Assembly (NCBI GenBank): GCA_902529115.1
Contig: CABZVB010000003.1
Location: forward strand, 111,680 to 143,679
Length of the DNA: 32,000 nt
Reading direction: 5' to 3'
Origin: an uncultured Balneola sp.
GTDB taxonomy: Bacteria > Bacteroidota > Rhodothermia > Balneolales > Balneolaceae
The position numbers were made by a program, and so were the translations under genes. Positions 25,499 through 32,000 of the stretch are shown in pieces (the first letter of the stretch is position 1; each line of letters opens with the position of its first letter). The notes beneath the pieces were generated by a model that had not been told where the DNA came from, did not search any database, and saw nothing but the letters and a program-made list of their open reading frames with translations.

Positions 25499-28480
25499 TT
25501 AGAATCGAATCGATACCCCTACCATTAAATGTCGTTGTTCTATATAATTGGCTGGGTTATCGTAGGCGGGTAAGTTATTATCGGTTGGATCTAAATACCT
25601 TGGATCTCGAACGTTACCTGGGACATCATAACTTCTATCGCTTCGAAGTACCATCAACGCTGCAGGATCTCGTGGATATTTCTTATAACCTTCACCCGTA
25701 ACCGGATTAACAATGACTGAACTTCTGTTGTCCAAAACATTAGTAATTTCAGCAAAGGTAGAAATACGAACACCTTGTACTTCAAACCACTTTTGAATGT
25801 TCAAATCCATGTAGAACCAAGCAGGGCCTAATTCACTGTAACGTTTGGTAGGATCGACTACACGCTCATAATTGGGGCGCCAATCTTCTCTACCTGTAAC
25901 TGGGTTTCGCTGCAGTCCGATGAATTCCATAGGAGTATAACGGGTCCCGGATCGCCATACCCCTGATAAAAAGATCTGAAAGTCATTTAAAGCAGACCAC
26001 CCAAACAAACCTTGTGGCCTATCATGAGTAAAAGTGATATTACCTTTTATATCAAATGGGCGATCCCAAGCTAAAGGAGTTTCTACATTACTTCCAATAT
26101 TTTGGTTTGCATTGATTGCATTTAAATTATCATCATTAGTAGAACTAAGCCCCTCTGCTCGTGAATAGGTAAAAGAAAGTTGGCCTCTAATTAAATCCTT
26201 GTAGCGTTTAATATAGGATAACTCTATCCCTCTAGAACGGGCATAATCCCCATTAATTCGAAAAGCTTTACTTACGTTTCGACCATCTACATCCTGAACT
26301 CGAATAGATTGGGTGGTAACAAAATCATATTTATCTCTCCAAAAGGCAGAAGCATTAAATGCATCGTTCGAAGTAATTTGATTTCTAAACCCAATTTCAT
26401 AAGAAATATCAACTTCTGGATCTAAGTTGGGGTTTCCTAAATCAGGCAAATCAGACTGATCTTGATAAAATGGATCTAGGCCTGCATATATATAAGAGGG
26501 ATGAGGAATTCGAGTCGAGTGTCCGTAATTAAAGAATAACACTTGATTTTCCCGAACAGGAAATGACACATTAATCTTAGGTAAAAACCTAAACTTATAG
26601 CGAAGACCTAAAATTTCGGAACTACTGTCTAGATAATCTTGTGCTACAAAAGTAGGAATAGTGGAGAGGGTATTTGGATCAAGTGCATTATTTACCGCAT
26701 TGTCCACATACCTTCCTGGAGCCCAATACTCTAATCTAGCTCCAATATTAGCTATAAGTCCATTGTACCTTATTTTATCGGTTACAAAAATGGCCCCTCT
26801 CTTTGGCTTAACTCGCCATGCATCGAAAGTTTCTCCTACCCTAAACGTTTCCGAAGTCCTGTTCTCATCAATAAATATGGGTGCTCCAATCCAAGGACGT
26901 GTGATATCAATCCATTGATAGTCATTAAATTTAAATTCAAATCCCGCTACTATTTGATTCGTGCGATCACCAAAAAACTTAGTTAGGCTACTTTTTACAG
27001 TAAGTTCCTCCGCAAAATGATCGTGCCATAGAGTGGAAATACCCCCATTGTTTACATAGCCTGGACCTGCTAATACATAGGTGAAGTCCTCGCCTCCTTC
27101 AAACTCCTCTGCAGGGGAAATCACAATACTCTCTGGATCAAACTCACTATCCACATTGGTTGGGCGCCATTTACGCCCGTTTGCATCGGCACGGAGCCGG
27201 GTGAATAATCGACTCACCTGAACCTCATAAAAAGCTGACTGCGTGAGCGTCTGAGTATATTTTAGATAGGACAAATTACTATCATGAGTATACGTACTGG
27301 CATTATCTAAAAACCCATTTGAAAAGGCGAATTGAAATCCAGGTCGAATCTGCGTATCGGCCCCTGTAATCTGAAGCATTCGCGTATTCTGATTAATGGT
27401 TAAAGAGCGCTGATAAGCACCCTGTAATCGAACACCAGGTTTGATGTTATATGTCATCTTAAACATACCATTCCAGCGGTTCCCTTGTCGGGGGGACCAA
27501 AAATCACTATTCACGATGGATGAGCGAATTTGATTCGCCGATAATTTGGTATAGCCATCAGTAAGTGAAATTTGTCCTGTAACAAAAAAAGTAAGTGAAC
27601 CAGGCAAATCGATACCTAAAGCAGGTAATAATTGCTCGGTTAAAATAGACGGACCACCTATGCTTAATTCATAGATATCAGAGAAAAAGTTTGCCTGATT
27701 AGACAATATATTGCTGCCCAAATTATCTCGTTTATGAGAGAAGTTACCTTCGTAACGTTCTCCTCCATTTTGAGTTTGCACCGAAACCACACCCGAGGTT
27801 ACGTCACCATATTCTGCCCCAACACCACCTGTAATAACCTCTATATTACTGAACGAATTAGACCCTAAATCGAGCCCAAACCCCGTTCCTGCCAATGGAT
27901 CCTGTGCAGAAACACCATCAACCACATAGCCTGTTTCATAGGCACGTCCTCCTTTTATATAAAGTCCAGTAGGATCTTTAACCACTCCAGATTGCAAAGA
28001 AACAGCATCTTCTACCCTCTGAATAGGCGCTGCTTCAATATCTTTTTTCGATATAGTAGAAGAGGTTGTAGATTTTTCAACATCAAAAATTGGTGCCTCA
28101 CCGATGACGACTACTTCTTGGTCAGATTCAAAGATTTGTTCGGTCAAGCTTTGGTTTACTTCCGTAGTTTCGCCAGCCTCGACTACAATGCCAGTTAATT
28201 GGGTAACCTGAAACCCAATAAACGTAATTTCAAGAGTGTACTCACCTGGTCGGATACTCTTAATAACAAATCGACCATCCACATCCGTTGCCGCTCCAAA
28301 ATTTGTACCTACTATACGAACATTTACACCAGGCAATGTCTCTCCAGTTGCCCCCTCGGTTATAACACCAATTATATTACCTGTACTTTGTGCTTTAAGT
28401 TCAGCACTACTAAATACCATGAAAAAAAAGAAACAGGTAGCTAAAAATAAAAAAGAACGGGTATGTTTTTTTGTATACAT
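25499..28480 (-). CDS. TonB-dependent receptor-like outer-membrane protein with N-terminal CarboxypepD_reg domain
   Basis: Signal peptide, then GNIIGVITEGATGETLPGVNVRIVGTNFGAATDVDGRFVIKSIRPGEYTLEITFIGF (carboxypeptidase-regulatory-like). It has a plug region (IEVITGGVGAEYGD), a long barrel and a C-terminal MVGVSIRF. 993 aa. Confidence 0.8.
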   Translation of the reverse strand: MYTKKHTRSFLFLATCFFFFMVFSSAELKAQSTGNIIGVITEGATGETLPGVNVRIVGTNFGAATDVDGRFVIKSIRPGEYTLEITFIGFQVTQLTGIVVEAGETTEVNQSLTEQIFESDQEVVVIGEAPIFDVEKSTTSSTISKKDIEAAPIQRVEDAVSLQSGVVKDPTGLYIKGGRAYETGYVVDGVSAQDPLAGTGFGLDLGSNSFSNIEVITGGVGAEYGDVTSGVVSVQTQNGGERYEGNFSHKRDNLGSNILSNQANFFSDIYELSIGGPSILTEQLLPALGIDLPGSLTFFVTGQISLTDGYTKLSANQIRSSIVNSDFWSPRQGNRWNGMFKMTYNIKPGVRLQGAYQRSLTINQNTRMLQITGADTQIRPGFQFAFSNGFLDNASTYTHDSNLSYLKYTQTLTQSAFYEVQVSRLFTRLRADANGRKWRPTNVDSEFDPESIVISPAEEFEGGEDFTYVLAGPGYVNNGGISTLWHDHFAEELTVKSSLTKFFGDRTNQIVAGFEFKFNDYQWIDITRPWIGAPIFIDENRTSETFRVGETFDAWRVKPKRGAIFVTDKIRYNGLIANIGARLEYWAPGRYVDNAVNNALDPNTLSTIPTFVAQDYLDSSSEILGLRYKFRFLPKINVSFPVRENQVLFFNYGHSTRIPHPSYIYAGLDPFYQDQSDLPDLGNPNLDPEVDISYEIGFRNQITSNDAFNASAFWRDKYDFVTTQSIRVQDVDGRNVSKAFRINGDYARSRGIELSYIKRYKDLIRGQLSFTYSRAEGLSSTNDDNLNAINANQNIGSNVETPLAWDRPFDIKGNITFTHDRPQGLFGWSALNDFQIFLSGVWRSGTRYTPMEFIGLQRNPVTGREDWRPNYERVVDPTKRYSELGPAWFYMDLNIQKWFEVQGVRISTFAEITNVLDNRSSVIVNPVTGEGYKKYPRDPAALMVLRSDRSYDVPGNVRDPRYLDPTDNNLPAYDNPANYIEQRHLMVGVSIRF

Positions 28481-28490
28481 AAGCTAGCGT

Positions 28491-30039
28491 TTATTGTTGA
28501 AATCCTAACTGTTGCACGCACATATATTCAATAAATTCCTTCATATTGTTGTTCCCATTTAGCTTGTTTAAATCCATACCAAAGTAAATAAGATTGCCTT
28601 CCGTATTCTTTATGCTTACCCCTTCCATTATGGTGTAGTCTGTAATGAATCCAAGCAAAGTAGTAGTGCGATAATCCGACTCATATAATAAGGTGGAACC
28701 TGATACCGCTTTTAATGGATACCAACCTACCACCCGAGATTCAAATTTTAAGATGGGAGCTTCGGAATCATCTACTGGAATTATTTCAGTTCCAGCGTTA
28801 ATCACAAAACCAGTTTCAATTCCACCTGCCGGGAAATATCCAATAGAATCTACTGGTAAAAAATTGAATATCACATCTTCTTGGGACACTTCCTTCATAG
28901 GAATAGTAACAAACATACTGCCACCGCTTGCGAAAAAAATCGGAAGTGATGTCTAAGGCGTGCACGATATTTCTATCCACATCGTCTGAAACCCAATAAA
29001 TATGATCCCATTTAGCTAAGGTCTTTTTTAGTGTTGGATCTACTACTTTAGGAAATTGATCTGAGAGTTCAATGGTTCCAAGCGCGGGTTGACCGGTATT
29101 TATTAGCCAGATATCCGGGTCAATTTCCAATTCATTTAAATAGCTAATATGCCAATTCATCTCTTCAATAGATGAATTTTTACCTATATCATTTAGCAAT
29201 AATACCTTCGATTTCTGCTGTTTTACAAACCACTGTATCTGATCACGCTCACTGACTGCACCAGCAGCATCAATAGTCCTGACATAGGCTGTATTCAAGG
29301 CACCAACTTCAATTCCATCTACTAAAATTGGATTTCCTTGTCCATCATCAGCGCTACTATAAGAACGTCCAAGATACACTTGACCTGTTTTGATTCCCTC
29401 CGTCTTATTATCAACGGAAACCGAAATAAAAAGCTCTCCATTATTTATGGTATTAAAAGGAATCTCAACCCACCCATTAAGGGTATCATTAAATGCAATT
29501 TGGGTACTTCGGACATTTAGTAGCCCATCCGGATCGTCTATGGTCCATCCGAAACTGACAATCCCAAACATGGTATCAGCAGGGATTTCATTCGGCTTGA
29601 ACATTGCTGAGGGGCTAGAATTTATGATTGGATACTGTAAACTGGCGCCCACGGGATCTTTTGCTCCATCGTTATCTATTGCCCGTACTTTGAATAGCAC
29701 ATCATCTACCGCTTGGCCTTCGGTAATTGGTAAAATGAACGTACTATCAGTCCGCGTTGTGAATGACCAAGCTCCTTCAGACGTATCATTGATTGCATAT
29801 TCAAAGCCTACAATGTAGCCATCTGGATCATTACCCCACCATGATATTCTTATTTGACTTGACAATCTGAACGAATCTTCCCGGTCTATTCCGGCAACAG
29901 TCATGAAGGTACTCGGCGGCTGGTTTTCAATTATATCTCCAGTAATACCTGTCTCACAGGAAGACCCTATTATCCCAAATAGAAACAAAGCAATAAGCTT
30001 AAATGAATTCCGTAGATATGTAGACATAAAAAAATTCAT
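28491..30039 (-). pseudogene. Lipoprotein gene split into two overlapping ORFs (30039-28816 and 28916-28491) by a frameshift at an A7/T7 tract; the intact form would be about 513 aa
   Basis: N-terminal lipobox LFLFGIIGSSC. On the - strand, GAT TTT TTT CGC (..SDFFRKRW..) continues into the downstream frame if one T is removed (..DFFASGGSMFVTIPMKEV..). The downstream frame opens just after a TAG immediately 5' of the tract. Confidence 0.6.
28933..28939. other. A7 (T7 on the coding strand) homopolymer at the frameshift point
   Basis: Read directly: cgAAAAAAAtc at 28931-28941. Confidence 0.95.
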
Positions 30040-30172
30040 AATCGATTGAATCGATGACTTTTGATTGAGTAACCTTTAGAAACTCAAATCTCTATTGATT
30101 GAAAACAGCATTCAAAGAAAAAAGATGAGATGAGAGCTTCCACTCCCACCTCAAAATATGATTTATATAAAA

Positions 30173-32000
30173 TTATTTAATCAACATCATATTGCGAGTC
30201 ATACTGAAACTACCAGCTTCTAGTCGGTATATATATACTCCACTCGCTAGACGTTGCGCATCAAAACTAACTGTATGCGTTCCAGCTTTCATAGGCTGAT
30301 TAATAAGAGTTGCCACCTGGCGACCTAACACATCAAACACCGTGAGGCGAACATCCGCAGACTCAGGTAAATCGAAAGCAATTTGAGTACTTGGGTTAAA
30401 TGGGTTAGGATAGTTAGGCTTTAGGTCAAACTTCTCTGGAAGCCCTGCTAACTCTTCATTGCCTACAGAAGAGCTGTTTGTCAAAGTTATAGCGCGGTAT
30501 ATTGGAGTAAATGTATTTGAGTCTACATCATAGCTACTAGATACAGCCAAAGTATCTACACCATCATTGACCCGAACATTCCAAAGTAAATCTGCACTAG
30601 CTCCATCTACTACTCCTGCAGCAACTAATAAACCGTCTACTACTGAAGCAGGTAGAGTTACCGTAGTTGCAGCACCTTCCTCATTTGATGTTACAGCAAC
30701 AATTTCAGTAGAATCTGGGCCGTATAATACCCATTCATAACCTACAGTATTGCCATCTAAATCAGATGTAGCGGCCCAAGTTGGAATAACATCAGCGTCT
30801 GCCACAACTGTAGCTCCTTCATCTGGTGTCTTTAATACAAAGTTAGTCATTGGCACGGTCCAGTCAGATGCAGTAACATCCTCAATACTTCGCATGATCA
30901 TTTTTGGATTCCCATAACTGTAGTGTAAAATGCCCGTAAAGTTATCAATCTTAGCGCCAATTTTTACATGATCATTTAAATCAGAACCATAGGTAGTCGA
31001 TCCAAAATTTACATTATCGTCCACACGTAAACCCTGGCCTACCTCTAAACCACTTCCAATGGTCCCAATTTCCCATTCGCCAAAATCTCTGGGAAAATCT
31101 GCCTGATTAGATAATACCTCAACATTATCTAAAGTTAAAAGCAGACCTTCATGTGCTTCAAAATTATCAACAACATCTTTAGTATTAGTAGCTAATGCTA
31201 AGGTATCCATTTCTACGTTTGTCCCTGTCTTGGTAAATTCATTTAGGACAGTAGATGTTACACCATATGTTTCATTTGTGGATAGGTTTGTAATATTGAT
31301 AATATCACCACGTACAAGGGCCGAGGTTTCATTGTCTGCCTCAACAAAAATGCCTGACCAAGCGGAAGCCTTATCCTGAATTACAATAAATCCATCGGTG
31401 ACTGCACTAGCAACAACGGTGGCATCAATATCTACTGGTAAATCACCCAAACCATAAAGCGGACTATCACCAGCCTGGCCATCTCCTGTTTTCTGTAAAA
31501 ACTCAATGGTAGTGATAGGCTCATCTTGAACGAAGAAATTGAAACCACCAGAGAGTGGGGCACGACCAGTTAAACCGTTAGAATCTTTAGCTTCTAAATG
31601 AAAAGAAACAGCAGAGAAATTAGGAAAAGCAGGTAGAGTAAATCCATAAGTATCACCAGAAGTGTTAGTCATGGCTACAGTTGAATCTTTACCACTGGCA
31701 CTATAAGTAAGTGTTACTTCAGTGATAGTAGCCCCCTCTGTTCCTACAATATCGGCACTTACTGTCACTTCATCGGTAGATGTAATGGATGAATCTGACA
31801 GCATAATGTTAGAGAACACAGGAGGTAAACCGTTAACAACTAAGTCATTTGGCCAACTAAAAGTAGTTCCGCCAACATCTTGCCCATCCACAAAGCGGGT
31901 TTCATTTAACCATACAACACCATCTTCGAAAGGATTAATTGATAATGCGCCATTACCATCTGGGACTAAACCATCAGGATCATCACCCACGTAATTAACA
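30173..32000 (-). CDS. Large secreted multi-domain beta-sandwich protein with T9SS C-terminal sorting domain (5' end beyond the window)
   Basis: The frame stays open to the window edge, so the GTG at 31990 is probably internal. The C-terminus NYPNPFNPSTQIAFDLPESADVRLTVFDVLGRQVATLINQPMKAGTHTVSFDAQRLASGVYIYRLEAGSFSMTRNMMLIK is a classic Por/T9SS CTD. Confidence 0.85.
   Translation of the reverse strand, partial: VNYVGDDPDGLVPDGNGALSINPFEDGVVWLNETRFVDGQDVGGTTFSWPNDLVVNGLPPVFSNIMLSDSSITSTDEVTVSADIVGTEGATITEVTLTYSASGKDSTVAMTNTSGDTYGFTLPAFPNFSAVSFHLEAKDSNGLTGRAPLSGGFNFFVQDEPITTIEFLQKTGDGQAGDSPLYGLGDLPVDIDATVVASAVTDGFIVIQDKASAWSGIFVEADNETSALVRGDIINITNLSTNETYGVTSTVLNEFTKTGTNVEMDTLALATNTKDVVDNFEAHEGLLLTLDNVEVLSNQADFPRDFGEWEIGTIGSGLEVGQGLRVDDNVNFGSTTYGSDLNDHVKIGAKIDNFTGILHYSYGNPKMIMRSIEDVTASDWTVPMTNFVLKTPDEGATVVADADVIPTWAATSDLDGNTVGYEWVLYGPDSTEIVAVTSNEEGAATTVTLPASVVDGLLVAAGVVDGASADLLWNVRVNDGVDTLAVSSSYDVDSNTFTPIYRAITLTNSSSVGNEELAGLPEKFDLKPNYPNPFNPSTQIAFDLPESADVRLTVFDVLGRQVATLINQPMKAGTHTVSFDAQRLASGVYIYRLEAGSFSMTRNMMLIK
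30176..30415 (-). other. T9SS C-terminal sorting domain (CTD) of the cargo protein
   Basis: The last ~80 aa carry the NPF...L.v.D..G+.V......aG.h.v.....l.sGvY.y.l motif pattern. Confidence 0.85.

Noticed and set aside
30040-30055. Two ATCGAT hexamers 9 bp apart (AATCGATTGAATCGAT) immediately upstream of the lipoprotein start codon.
   Set aside because: These are very short palindromes that arise easily by chance in AT-rich DNA, and there is no second copy elsewhere in the window.
1-32000. A search for tRNA, rRNA, CRISPR arrays, transposases, integrases, and long direct or inverted repeats.
   Set aside because: I found no T-arm-like GGTTCGAATCC motifs in intergenic regions. I also found no spaced repeat arrays, no recombinase or transposase-like ORFs, and no long repeats.

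Overview
AT-rich chromosomal window from a bacterium of the Fibrobacteres-Chlorobi-Bacteroidetes (FCB) group. That placement is an inference from a T9SS C-terminal sorting domain, a PorV-like barrel, a CarboxypepD_reg-type TonB receptor and TAnnTTTG-like promoter boxes. Positions 1-12.3 kb (+ strand) are ordinary housekeeping: rpsI (3' part), rpsB, tsf, pyrH, frr, smc, methylmalonyl-CoA mutase with meaB, a PAS/LOV-like protein and sufE. The most unusual content is a tightly packed five-gene + strand cluster at 12568-17845. It encodes a membrane protein with FliF-like topology and a roughly full-length FliG-like cytoplasmic module, an outer-membrane beta-barrel protein, a TPR lipoprotein, and a MotA/PomA-like plus MotB-like stator pair. 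No other flagellar genes are visible. I read it as a candidate non-flagellar rotor-stator envelope machine. Next comes a DNA-damage module: an SRAP/YedK-like gene, then a His-rich unknown gene divergent from a catalytically intact Y-family polymerase. Then follow cdaA, folP and a 7Fe ferredoxin on the - strand. The last 9 kb (- strand) is an outer-membrane operon: a T9SS-CTD cargo protein (5' end runs off the window), a lipoprotein split by a frameshift at an A7 tract, a TonB-dependent receptor, a PorV-like barrel and an NHL lipoprotein. I saw no tRNA, rRNA, CRISPR array or obvious mobile element. All calls rest on reading the translations and DNA by eye; no searches were run.
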